This document shows positions 47,207 to 59,711 of a stretch of DNA of 64,000 nucleotides, piece after piece. The translations under genes and the position numbers were made by a program. Origin of the DNA: Felis catus (Eukaryota). Position 1 is the first letter of the stretch. Each line of letters starts with the position of its first letter. Location of the stretch: positions 57,536,001-57,600,000 of the forward strand of contig NC_058377.1 in assembly GCF_018350175.1 (NCBI RefSeq), read 5' to 3'. A model generated the notes under the pieces. The model worked only from the letters and a program-made list of their open reading frames with translations, ran no database searches and was not told the DNA's origin.

Positions 47207-48602
47207 AATAATTATTATAACAACACAACATAACAAGCATTATGATAGGCAGTAGAGTGTAGGAAAGAGGACCAGTAACATCTCTAAAGTGGAGCTAAAT
47301 TCATGATCGAGACATCCAGGGCATCGAAATGTGACTCTGTTCTATCTTTATATAGAGGTGCAGATGATCTGGGAAGGAAAATAGTTCTCCAGTCAGCTGG
47401 CTCTAAAAGATCTAATATTCCCGTACATTTCAACAATACACAAACCCCCAATGCTGCCAAAGCCAGGGAGATGGAACTGTCCCTGTCCTTTACTGAACCT
47501 TCGGTTTTCTCTTATAAAAACAAGCCATTCTACTCCCCTTGAAGTCTGCATTTGCTGTTTATTTCCACCTAGATAAGAATGCTGGGAGAGGAAAGCATAG
47601 TGTGGGATTTCTTTCAGGTCCGGTATTTTAGGATTCTAAGAGCAACAGGGTTCCAGGCGCCCTTCTCATTTATTTCTCCTACTGAGCTAAGTATCACAGT
47701 TTAAAATAAAAAACAAAAAATTGCAGGCAAGGGAATGGCATAATTAGCAGCCAATCAGGAGAAGGCTCCATAATCCGCAGGCCTTCAGATATAGTACCTT
47801 CCAGACTAGCTCCTCCCGGAGAGGATCGGGTTTTCTCTTGGGGTTTCTTCCTTTTTGAATTAAGCACCACTGAGGGCTACAGTCCAGAAACACAAACTCT
47901 TAACCTAGTCTCCAGCAAGATAAACAGGTCTAGGGAGATTGTATGACCTGCAGGGAGAGAGTGCTCTAGGTTCCCTGAGAGACCAGGCTAAAGTGAAGGG
48001 AAAGGGTATATTGTCCACGAGGATACAAGAGCAGCCACAGGAGGGCCGTGCAGCCTAAATAAATAATGGCCTGTTTGGCAGCAGACCCAATTCTAGGACA
48101 TGCTGGGGCCTACAGGTAGGGAGTCTGCTAACTCACTTTTGCCCTTTAGATCTCAGCTTAAACATTATTTCTTCTGGGAAGCAGGGTGCCACACACAGTT
48201 GTGCAGGTTGCAAACTGCACATACTTAGGGTATGCCAATTACAGCATAGCTATTACAGATTTATATATTTTTATTACAATTTTCTGGCAGTTGGCAGCTA
48301 AGTATTTTGAGGAAAGGGCACCTTTTTTTTCTGATTCCCAAACAGGTAACCATATAAGCTGTCAGTGACCCCTCTGTGGAGCTTTTACTAACTCAGATCG
48401 GGTTTAATGCCACTCTTACCTGCTTCAGAAGGACCCTGTACTCCCTCTGTGTTCACATTTACCACACTTTATTCTAATTACCTGTTTACTGGTCTATCAC
48501 ACTGTTTTATCAGCTTCATGAGAGAAGAGACTATGTCTTGTTCAGCACTGTACCCTGGGCCTAAGAATGGTGCTTGGCTCTAGCACAGGCTCAGTGGTAT
48601 TT

Positions 48603-48798
48603 GTTTGTCTTATATTTATTGATTCTGGGGAGAGTGCAAACAAGGGAGGGGCAAAGAGAGGGGGAAGAGGATCTGAAGCGGGCTCTGTGCTGACAGGTTG
48701 ACAGCAGTAAGCCCAATATGGGGCTTGAACTCACGACCTGTAAGATCATGACCTGAGCTGAAGTTGGACACTCAACTGACTGAGCCACCCAGGTGCCT
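48603..48798 (-). mobile_element. CAN-SINE in an L2 fragment
   Basis: TSD CTCAGTGGTATTT at 48590-48602 and 48799-48811. Confidence 0.9.
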
Positions 48799-50114
48799 CT
48801 CAGTGGTATTTATTGAACTAATGAGCAACATATTCTGAGCCAGTCCGGTGCTCTTGCCCCAGTGGACAGAAAGTGTGGCATAACAGAAACCGTACTAGCC
48901 ACATCCTGGATTCAAGACCTTGCTCTACCTCTTACACACCATGTGACTTTCAGCAGGTCACTGCACCCCGGTAGCCTTAATGCAAAACAGGGATAACCCT
49001 ATCCTCTCCACCATGGAGGATTATTGTGAGAAGCAATTTGAAAGTACCACCTGGTAAATTGTAAAAATACTAAGCAGGAGAAGTAAGGGGCTGTTTCAGG
49101 AAAGCTGGATCTATGAGGGGCCCAGGACCAGGAGTAGCCATATCTCTGAACACAGTAAGGAGTCACCTTCAACAGAAAACAAGAGTTTCTGGGTCAAGCA
49201 ATACTTTTTTGGTTGCTGGGGACAGAAACCCAAAAATGTCAAAAGGCAAATTTATTCCCTCATACAAGGGAAAAGTCGTAACTGGGTTTTCAGGACAAAT
49301 GGAAACAGGTACAATAATGCCACAAAGTGCTCTGCATTCTCATTCTCCTCCCGCTTCTGCCCATCCTACCCTCCTACTCTCCCAGCCCTCTGCCTTCCTT
49401 TCTTGTCAGCCTTAGGGGTACAGCAAAGGACATGGCTACCACTAGCTCCTGACTCCATCTCACAGCTTTGCCATCTGAGAAGGATAAACCCCTCCTCTTC
49501 ATCCCAATTTGCAAAATCTCCCTTTGCCCTGGCTTGAGGGACACATTGCCTCTGTGCCAAGGGTGAGGGGTACTATGATTTCCACACCCATGGGAACCAC
49601 ATGATTAGAGTGGGGGAATCAGTGTTCAAGCAGAAGGGAGGCTACCGTTCCAAGAAGAGAAGGTGGGTGCCAGCCAGACAAAACAATAGATGTCCACTGC
49701 AGTTTTCTAAAGATCATTCCCATCCTGAGACCCGAAATGTGACCATTTGCAATCACTTAGCTTCGGTTTGGGTTCTGCTCCTCTAGGCTTATTTTTTCAT
49801 ATACCTTCTCCAAGTTCCTTACAACAGAAGGAGACCAGAAGGGTGACAAGAGCAGGGAGACAGGCAACTAAGTGAAAAGTTAGAGTCCACTCTCCTCACA
49901 AACATTCAATAAATAATCAGAGGAGCAAGCTTAGTTCCCTTTATAGAACTGATCCTACTCAGTTCACCTGCTCAACATCAGATCCTAAAATCCTCTGTGC
50001 TTTGGTCAGGTTGGGGCTCAAATGACAATGTTACTGAAATGGAATACTATTCAGCCACACAGACCACTTTCACTTTCTGTTCTGTAGCATTCCTTTCTTG
50101 TTTCTTTTCAAATA

Positions 50115-50673
50115 CAGTTGACCCTTGAACAACACAGGAGTTAGGGGCACTGACATTCTCTACACAAAGATCTGAGTATAACTTTGACTNNNNNNNNNNN
50201 NNNNNNNNNNNNNNNNNNNNNNNNNNNNNNNNNNNNNNNNNNNNNNNNNNNNNNNNNNNNNNNNNNNNNNNNNNNNNNNNNNNNNNNNNNNNNNNNNNNN
50301 NNNNNNNNNNNNNNNNNNNNNNNNNNNNNNNNNNNNNNNNNNNNNNNNNNNNNNNNNNNNAGAGGGAGACAGAGCACGAGTGGGGGAGGGGCAGAGAGAG
50401 AGGGAGACACAGAATCTGAAACAGGCTCCAGGCTCTGAGCTGTCAGCACAGAGCCCGATGTGGGGCTTGAACCCACGAACTGTGAGATCATGACCTGAGC
50501 TGAAGTCGGACGCTTAACCGACTGAGCCACCCAGGCGCCCCCAAAAATATATATTATTAAGAAAATTGGAAGGAAGAAAAATTACATTTGCAGTACTGTA
50601 CTGTATTTACTGAAAAAAATCTGCACATAAGTTGTACCCTTGCTGTTCAAACCTGTGCTGTTCAAGTCAGCTG
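50115..50673. mobile_element. Tigger2-type (TcMar) non-autonomous element containing a CAN-SINE (minus strand, 50361-50541) and a gap
   Basis: TA|CAGTTGACCCTTGAACAACAC...GTGCTGTTCAAGTCAGCTG|TA: terminal inverted repeats with a TA target duplication. Confidence 0.85.
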
Positions 50674-50811
50674 TAGTCTAACACACACAGGCTGGAGATG
50701 GAGAAATCATCTCAGAGAGGGGATATTTCTTACCAAACACCATATACCAAGGCAGTTAATGGCCAAACCAAGATCAGACTCCATGTCATCTGACACTTGC
50801 TTTTCACATAA

Positions 50812-51025
50812 AATATTTATTTAATTAATTAATTAATTTGAAAGAGAGAGAGAGAGAGCATACACAAGCCAGAAAGAGGGGCAGAGGGAGAGACAGAGAA
50901 TCCCAAGCAGCCTCCACACTCAGCACGGAACCCAACACAGGGCTTGATCTCATGACTGCAAGATGATGACCTGAGCCAAAATCAAGAGTCAGAGACGTTC
51001 AACCGAATGAGCCACCCAGGAGCCT
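50812..51025 (-). mobile_element. CAN-SINE (older)
   Basis: (GA)n tract, AAAATCAAGAGTCAG, GAGCCACCCAGG. Confidence 0.85.
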
Positions 51026-52098
51026 TTGTTTTTCCCAATATACCACCTTTTGTTTTTCTGAACATTTATGACTTGAAATCTGAGCTATCCCTTAATCTCA
51101 CCCTTTTTCCATTCTTTTGTCTCTCTGGGTCACCTATTCAATGCTTTCTCTAGGTCAGTTTTACTATATTACTATTCAGTCACCTCTAGGTCCCAGTCAA
51201 CTGCTGTTGTCTTATCCTTAACTGTCAGGAAGGAAATTCCAATAGCAGAGGGAACCCTTCACCCCCCTAATTATGCAGTATTCTCTACACTATTCCTCAA
51301 TGTGAACCCACCATTTAAACAAACTAGTCTTGCCTTGTGGCAAATTTTCAGGCATCATCTTGGCAAACTCTTAGTTATCTCTCAGATATCCATTTAGATC
51401 ACTTTGTTTCAGGAAGTGAAATATATCTTATTTGGTCTGTCTCCTCAGTCTGGATCAGAAGTACCTCCTATAAGCACCCATTGTATCCCAAACTTCCCTC
51501 AACAAAACATTCATCTCCCTGGACAGTAACTTCCTGCTTACTTTGTCTCTAATTCCCCACTCCATTGTAATTCTATGAGAACAGAAACCATTCTAGTTTC
51601 CCTATACTATTATTTTCCCCAGGACCCATCGAAGGGCCTAGCACATGAAAATGCTGCATAAATATTTACTGAATGAATGACTAGAACTCTGACTCCATGG
51701 TTCCTAATTATTTGCATAGTAGTGATCAAATGACAAAAAGATGTGAATACTTCATAGTTGAACACATTATGTGTATGTCAAGGACTTATGTTAAAAGAAC
51801 CCTTTGTACCAGCTATCACTATAATAAAAATTTTCTGTTTATAACATGGAAATGAAAAAAAAAATCAGCAGTCCATGCACAAAACTTCCCAAGATTCTTA
51901 AAATGTTTGCTATTGCTACAGGCAAACATCATCACCAGAGTCAAAAACCACCTTTTTGACATTACCCTCACCTCAAGAGTAGTCAGGACTTCCTGCCTCT
52001 GGTGTCTTCCTTAGTCTACTTGGTGTCCACAAATGGAGTGCTTGCTAGGAGTCAGTCCCTGTTCTAACTTTTTACATGTATCATCTCATTTAATTCTT

Positions 52099-52323
52099 TT
52101 TTTTTTTAATTTTTTTTTTTCAACGTTTATTTATTTTTGGGACAGAGAGAGACAGAGCATGAACGGGGGAGGGGCAGAGAGAGAGGGAGACACAGAATCG
52201 GAAACAGGCTCCAGGCTCCGAGCCATCAGCCCAGAGCCCGACGCGGGGCTCGAACTCCCGGACCGCGAGATCGTGACCTGGCTGAAGTCGGACGGTTAAC
52301 CGACTGCGCCACCCAGGCGCCCC
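52099..52323 (-). mobile_element. CAN-SINE (youngest variant) inserted in a MIR
   Basis: CpGs retained; TSD ATCTCATTTAATTCTT at 52083-52098 and 52324-52339. Confidence 0.96.
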
Positions 52324-55300
52324 ATCTCATTTAATTCTTATAACAACCCTAGGAGGAAGGTTCTATTTTCATCACCTTTTAACAATGGGAATTTCAAGAC
52401 ACAGGAAGGTTCTGTGACTTGCCCAAAGCTATAAAGTGGTCTAAGATTCAAACCCAGCTTTTGCTCTTAATCACTATGCTATAAGATTTTCTTTGTACTG
52501 TTTACCCCCTTGACAACAACCTAATTTACACTGGCCTGTTCCTGTTATCCAAACACACATTGGACTTTCCAACTCCATGCATCTAGAAGATCCTTCTATT
52601 AAGAATTCAAGATAGATTATCTTATCAAATACTCCTATGTTATCAATAGCAAAGTCGTAGTATGTGTCATAGAAAGATTACCAGCATTGGAACAAGGAGG
52701 ACCTAAAGCCAAAGCCTGGCTGTCTCAGTCATCTGTGGCTATATAATAAATCACTTCATAATAGCAATTTACTACTTCTCACAGTTATGTGAGTCAGCTG
52801 GGCAGTTCCTCTGCTGGGTGCACCTGAGCTCACTCATGGGCCTGCGTTCAGCAGGAGTGTCTGTGGGGTTAGAAGGCTTGTCATGATCTCACTTACATGT
52901 CTGGGTTTGCTTGGGCACCTTCCACATGGCCTCTCGCACTCCAGATGTATGGTGGTCTTGGTGACAGGAGCTGAAAATAATTTGTGGCCTTATTTAATTT
53001 ACCTCACTTCCTAGTTGGTTGACCTTGGGCAATTTACTTTTTCTCTCCTGAGATCAATTTCCTTATCTGTGAAACTGTGAAAGTTAACCCCAGGTGTCTC
53101 AGGTTCTCCTAAGTATTAAATGAAATAATACATGTCAAGTACCTAACAAACTCCTTGCCATATAACAACTATTTATTCAATGTTAGTTTCCCTTGCTCTA
53201 AATCATTAGTTATTTGACATTTCTAGGGCATGGAGTGAACCCATGCCTTCCTCCCGTTCCCCATAATCTCTTTCCAGTCTGCTTAAATCCTATAGTTCAA
53301 CCAAAATTAAATGCTACTCAAACTTTCTTTAGAAAAATTTATAAAATTAGTAGCCTTCAATAACTGTCTGTATTAGTAAATTCCGAAGTTCTGTGCATAA
53401 ATTAACGGTTCTCAGCCTTTTTTTCATATCCCCATAGAAACAATAAAGTTATATGTGAAATGATTTATTGTTATGCACAATGTATCATTTCTGGCTAGCT
53501 GGATATAATTCTACCCTTTTTTCCCCAACTTAAGGAAGCATACCGAAATGTGATATCTTTATTGTCCTTATAATCTGCTCTAATTTATTTTATAAAGGCA
53601 AATAATTTATAAAATTTGCTTCATTATTAGAAACAAATTACTTGCAATGGTTCACTGGTCTAAATCACTCATTTGACCCTAAGCACATGACCCTTTGTTT
53701 TTAAATCTTTTAAAGGATATATCCTGTTTTCCTGACTAGATTTAAAACACTAATAAAACCAAAGACTTTGATTTATATACATTCACACACATAAATAGAT
53801 GCATTTATACTTAATTTATCTTGTAGTTCTATCATAGTGCATTAAACATAATAGAAGGGCAATGCATATTTGTCATATACTCGCTGTTGAGGTTTGTGTC
53901 AACAATGAGCAGGAAGAGGCTTAGAACAGTGGGGAAAAAAACTGGATGTACAAGCACAGGTTCCAAAGTTTATGTGCCAGCTCTCGGGCTCTGGACCAAG
54001 AAGTTACTCCCTTATCCCTTGAACTTCTCTGGTATAATGGCAGAAAACACTGGATGAAGAGAGTGAGGGGCCCTTGGGTACTCAAAACTCATTATCTTAG
54101 GCCAGTGAGTCCTAAGTGTGTGTGGAGGTTACTTTTTATCAAACTGAACAGGCCTGATCCTTCTCTTCTCTTACTCACTGATATACCCTAGAATGGGAAG
54201 GCAAGAGAGAAAGATAAATTTGGACTACATTCTCTTGGTGAGAACTGCAACAGTACCAGACTTTGAGTTTATTCAGTGTAGTTAAATCTTAATAGCTTTG
54301 TGCAGTTGCAGGGAGACAGAGCCTTTCTCTATATCTCCACAATTATTCTGATTACCGAGAGCTATTTTTATTAAATTGAACCAAGTTACTGTTTTCACAA
54401 AGTAGATTTCTCATCTCCAGGGGACTGGAGAGGGAAATATAGACATTCATAGGGATTATAAGCTCTCTACAGTCTATTTGAAAAACCCACCTTGCCAAAT
54501 TCCTAACCGTGTAATCATTTCCTTCAATGCTTTTCTTCCTTATCACCATCAACTCATAAAAGTCCTTACGATGATAGGAGTTTGCAGAATGCCTAGAAGA
54601 TAGCAAAACGTTTGCTGCTTAACTAATCTCCAAGTGCATAAAGGACTGCTCTCTCTGTGATAATTCACACTAACAGTTTGTTATGGTTATATTTATATCT
54701 ACCACAGTAGGAGACACCAGAAGGTGCTTAATAAGTGCTTTTGGATTGTCTAGAATGACCTGTACATCTTGGTTCTTTTCCGAAGCAGTGGAGAAAACCT
54801 GAGAATTTAATCCAACTGTGGCTCTTAGGTGCCCAGAGGGAAGTCTCTTATGAAAAAGAAAGAGGATTAAACCTTAGGGAAGTTGTTAGCAATTTAGCAT
54901 TTCTGAGTCAGGTGGGAGCATCTAATTTGCTCAGTAAAGAGAGCAACTTCAGCTCCAGGGCGTGGCAACAACAAAGCTATACTAATACATAGCCCTCACA
55001 TTTATTTAGCCCTTTATTGGTTACAAGATGTTTTCATATCTCTCGTCTCACTTGAGCCCCCGGCAACCTTATCAGGCAGATGTTATTTATCTTAATTTTA
55101 CAGAAGCAGATGCTAGGGCATAGGTGGCTTATATGACACGCCCAAAGTCACACAGCTAGGAAATGGCACAGCTAGAACAGGTACCAAGATATTCCTAGTT
55201 GAATTAATCAGGGCCTTTTCAAGACAGGAAAGAAACTTGACATAAAACAGCTTAAGAAGGAAATAAACTTTTGTCTTATAATAGTTAGGAAGGCATAGAA

Positions 55301-55757
55301 GATATTTCGATGATCTCCCCCCAAGATCTGTTCCCTTTTCTCTCGGTATCTCCCCTATTTGTTTTCATTATCCATGCTCCCCCTCCATCCCTACTGTGGC
55401 ACCCATGTGCTTTGGGGGAAACTGACCTACTCTTGATTGGAAGAGAAAATTTTATGCTCAGGTTTACACTCAGCACAATCCCACTTCCCGGCCATAGTTA
55501 TTGGTTCAAGGATGGGCCTGTGATATTGTGTGGACCAATGAGAAGCAAGGAGAGGTTTGTTGAGAGTTTTCAGAAAAAGAATTTCCTGAATTTTCTAAGA
55601 AAGTATTTGGAAGCAAATGCCTCCCACCAGATGTGAGGGGAATGGATACAAGCCTTTTTACAACTATGTAGATATTCAGACCCTAGAATATGGATGGCAC
55701 TGTGGGTGGCAAACAAGGTCTATGGTACATTGTTAAACTACTAGATCAACTGATTCC

Positions 55758-55978
55758 AGGGGCACCTGGGTGGCTCAGTTGGTTGAGTGTCTGACTTTAG
55801 CTCAGGTCATGATCTCACTGCTCGTGAGTTTGAGCCCTGCATCAGGCTCTGTGCTGGCAGCTCACAGCCTGGAGCCTGCTTCACATTCTCTGTCCTCCTT
55901 TCTCTCTGCCCCTTTCACACTCATGCTCTGTCTCTGTCTCCCTCAAAAATAGATAGTAAAACATTAAAAAAAAAAAAC
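55758..55978 (+). mobile_element. CAN-SINE within MLT1-like sequence
   Basis: Full-length diverged copy. Confidence 0.88.
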
Positions 55979-56513
55979 ACTAATTCTGAAGCACAACCTA
56001 TCTCTGGACTTTGCAGTTTCATAAGCCATGAGCTACCTTAGTATACTTCATGGCAAGTAACAGAAAACTCAACTCAAATTGGTCTAGACACGAATGGGCT
56101 TCCTGATACTTGCCTGTTTGCCATACAGTACATTAATGGAACTGAAGGAATGGAAGGAGGGGTTTGAGAAATGAGGGCTTTGGGGACTGGAATTGATATC
56201 TCCATGGCACCAGGACTTTTCCTTTTTCTCCTTCTCTCTCATTCTCCTCTACTGCAGACATGCCTCTTCCACTCTGTGGCAAGTAAATCTGTCACCTCAG
56301 CATATGAGTGTGTGTGCTGACAGGAAAGAGAGGCCTTTCAGATTGAATACTCTGAGCAGAGTCTATTGAAGAGATTATACACAAAGATATGGATAGAAAT
56401 ACCACAAAGGATAACGTAGGGCCCCAGAGTTAGAAATTGCTTGATGAGGAGATGTCACTTCTGCAAAACCTATAGGGATGAGGGGAGGTAGCAGTTTCTG
56501 GAATCAGAAACAA

Positions 56514-56735
56514 GAGGTGCCTGGGTGGCTTAGTCCGTTAAGCATCCGACTCTCGGTTTCAGCTCAGGTCATGATCCTATGTTTCGTGAGTTTAAGCCCC
56601 GCATTGGGCTTCAAGCTGACAGTGAGAAGCTTGCTTGGGATTCTCTCTCCTGCTCTCTCTGCCCCTCCCCCACACCCTCTCTCTGTCTTTCTCAAAATGA
56701 ATAAACTTTTTTAAAAAATTAAAAAAAAAAAAAGA
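56514..56735 (+). mobile_element. CAN-SINE (older)
   Basis: Head, (CT)n tract and A tail. Confidence 0.85.
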
Positions 56736-58190
56736 AATCAAAAGGGCTTGTGGAGAGAATCACCTGACATCAATTATATCAAAGGATAAGTCAGATTGCA
56801 TTCCAATTTCAGTCTCCTCCTTCTTTCAGTTACCTGCTGGTGTTCCCCATTGGCCAACCAGACTAGAAGCAGAAGAAAAGAAGCCTGTGGAGGCACTCCA
56901 TATAGGTCAGCCTCCTGAAGCACAGTGGGCTGTAGAAGGGTGGAAGGCAGACTTAGAGGGGCATATGGAAGACATCCGGTACAATAAAGTTAGCAACCTG
57001 TACAGAATGACAGCATTTTTAAAAATTAAGTAATCTCTATGCCGAATGTGGGGCTCAAATTCATGATCCCAAGTCCCATGCCCTACTAACTAAGCCAACC
57101 AGGTGTCCTCAGAGCAGTTATTTACGTTATCTAAATGTCAATACCAGTAAAAGGAGTCTGGCCCTACTTGGGAGAGTGGCTCCCTTCTTGAATTAATTGT
57201 GTAAACATATAAATAATTCCTTACCCCCAACAAACACTCTGTGGAAGAGTGTATCAGGGAGAGGTTTATTATAAAACATAAATATCACCATGAATGAGCA
57301 GAATATTCAGGTCTTACATGGTTTTCCACTGACCTTTTTAATTGATGCAAGTTAAATACAAGCCTAGGACTAACATAAGCATCTCGGATCAGTGTAGCAG
57401 TGTCATGGTGGGCAATCACATTATTATTGTTATTGCTATTATTATTATTAGGTTATGGCAGTATTTTTATTACTGCTAAAACAAAGTATTCTTATAATTG
57501 TTATTACTAACTGTAGCTTAATGGTTAGAAGAAGGACTTTTGGTCATAACAGTAAAAACTAAAAACAACTTAAATTTTCTTACATTCTCACAATGGAATA
57601 TTAACCAGGAATGAAAATAGTGCCAACAAAATTTTGGTAACACAGAAAATCCCACAAGATAATATAGATATTAAAATCTGTTTATAAAAATAAAAAGTAA
57701 ATAAAACCATATAAGTGATAAAACACCTCCTCCCCAAAAGCAAACATAAAAACAAAATTTGAGAGGGTGGGTGTCTTTGAGGGGGAGGCAAGGGGATGGG
57801 ATAGGGATGGAGAACTTAGGAAATGTAAGTTATCTGTTTTTAATTTAGGTGGTAGGTTCATAATCTTCATTTTATTAGTACAGAAAAATAAATGAATACA
57901 ACTAAGGTTCTTCACTGGACCAATGATGACAGTGTATCTATCATAAACTGATGATTATATTTAATCCAATACTCTCTACTTAGGAAAAACAACGTTCTTC
58001 ACCAAGAATAATGTTCATAACATTATTAAAATTTTTCATTTGTAAAAGCAAAAAACTGAAAATAATGCAAATGTCTAACCCCAAAACACCAACTGAAGTT
58101 GGGGAATGATTAAACAAAATTGGCACATCAATATAGTGGAATACTAGTCAGCAATGAAAAGAAACAAACTCACATTAAGCACAATAATCT

Positions 58191-58402
58191 GGAGCACCTG
58201 GGTGGCTCAGTCAGTTAAGTGTCCGACTCTTGATTTTGGCTCAGGTCATGATCTATCTCAGGATTCATGGGCTTGAGCCCCATGTGGGACTCTGAACTGA
58301 CAGCACAGAGGCTGCTCAAGATTCTCTCTCTCTGCCCCTCCCCTCCTCGTGTGCATGTGCTCTCTCTCTCTCAAAATAAATAAATAAACAAAACAAAAAT
58401 CC
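58191..58402 (+). mobile_element. CAN-SINE in old L1 3'-end sequence
   Basis: CACAATAATCT(GGA) on both sides. Confidence 0.9.
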
Positions 58403-58660
58403 CACAATAATCTGGATGAATATCAAGGACATTTTGCTTAGTGAAAAAAAGCTAATTTTAAAAGGCTACTCACTGCATGACTCCATTTAATAATATTCTC
58501 AAGATGACAAAACTATAAGATGTGGATGCCAAAAGGGTAGCAGGTGGGCACAGAAATATAAAGGAGTAACATTAGGGAGTTCCTTTGTGGTTATGGAACA
58601 GTTTTGTATGTTGAATGTGGTGGTGGTTACACAAATATACACATAAAACTGCATAGAACT

Positions 58661-58688
58661 ACACACACACACACACACACACACACAC
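58661..58688. repeat. (AC)14 microsatellite
   Basis: Perfect run. Confidence 0.93.
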
Positions 58689-59247
58689 CCCAAAAAACCC
58701 AGCATATTATAAAGATACAGTATTCTAAGCATGTTGGCACAGACACACGAATGGACAAAAAGATCAATGAAATGGAAATATATACAGAAATTAAGTATCT
58801 GATAAAATGACATTTCAAGTAGTAACAAAAAGATGGTTTATTTAATAAAAATTATTTGACCTAAATAGATCAAAGATACTACAAATAAAAAAAAAAAAAA
58901 AAAAAGCAAAATGGTTAAAGTGCTAGGAGAAAACATGAGATAACTCTTCTTAAATAACCAAGGAGAAACTCAGAAAAACATAAAATATTTATGTAGATGA
59001 CCACATAAATATTAAAATAACACACATGAAATCATACAATAAACAATGTAAAAAGCTAAATGACAAGCTTGAAAAAAAATGTTTGCAAGACATACAACAG
59101 ACAAAAAAACTGATTTCCTTTAGCTATAATGACCTTTGATAAGAGACAACCAATATACAAATGGGAAAAGACACAAAGGAAAGTTAGTAATAATAACAAA
59201 CTAAAACACAGCTGCAAAATATATGAAATTTCATTCACAGAGAAAAA

Positions 59248-59458
59248 TTTCTTAAGGTTTATTTATTTTTGAAAGATAGAGAGAGACAGAGCACATGCAG
59301 GGGAGGGGCAGACAGTGAAAGAGTCACAGAATCTGAAGCAGGCTCCAGGCTCTGAGCTGTCAGGACAGAGCCTGACGTGGGGCTTGAACTCACAAACCGT
59401 GAGTTCATGACCCGAGCCGAAGTTGGACTCTCAACTGACTGAGCCACTCAGGCACCCC
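59248..59458 (-). mobile_element. CAN-SINE
   Basis: TCATTCACA on both sides. Confidence 0.9.
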
Positions 59459-59517
59459 TCATTCACAATTTTAAATATATAAATTTAAAAACTTTTTTAA
59501 AAGCTTTATAATAAATT

Positions 59518-59711
59518 GGAGCACCTGGTGGCTCAGTCGGTTAAGTGTCCAACTTTAGCTTGGGTCATGATCTCCTGCTTCGTGAGTTCGAGCCCCACAT
59601 CGGGCTCTCTGCTGTCTACACAGAGCCTGCTTCTGATCCTCTATCTCCCTCTCTCTCTGCCCCTCCCCCCTCTCTCTCAAAAATAAAATAAACATTTTAA
59701 AAAAAAATTTA
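59518..59711 (+). mobile_element. CAN-SINE
   Basis: TSD AAAAGCTTTATAATAAATTG on both sides. Confidence 0.92.
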
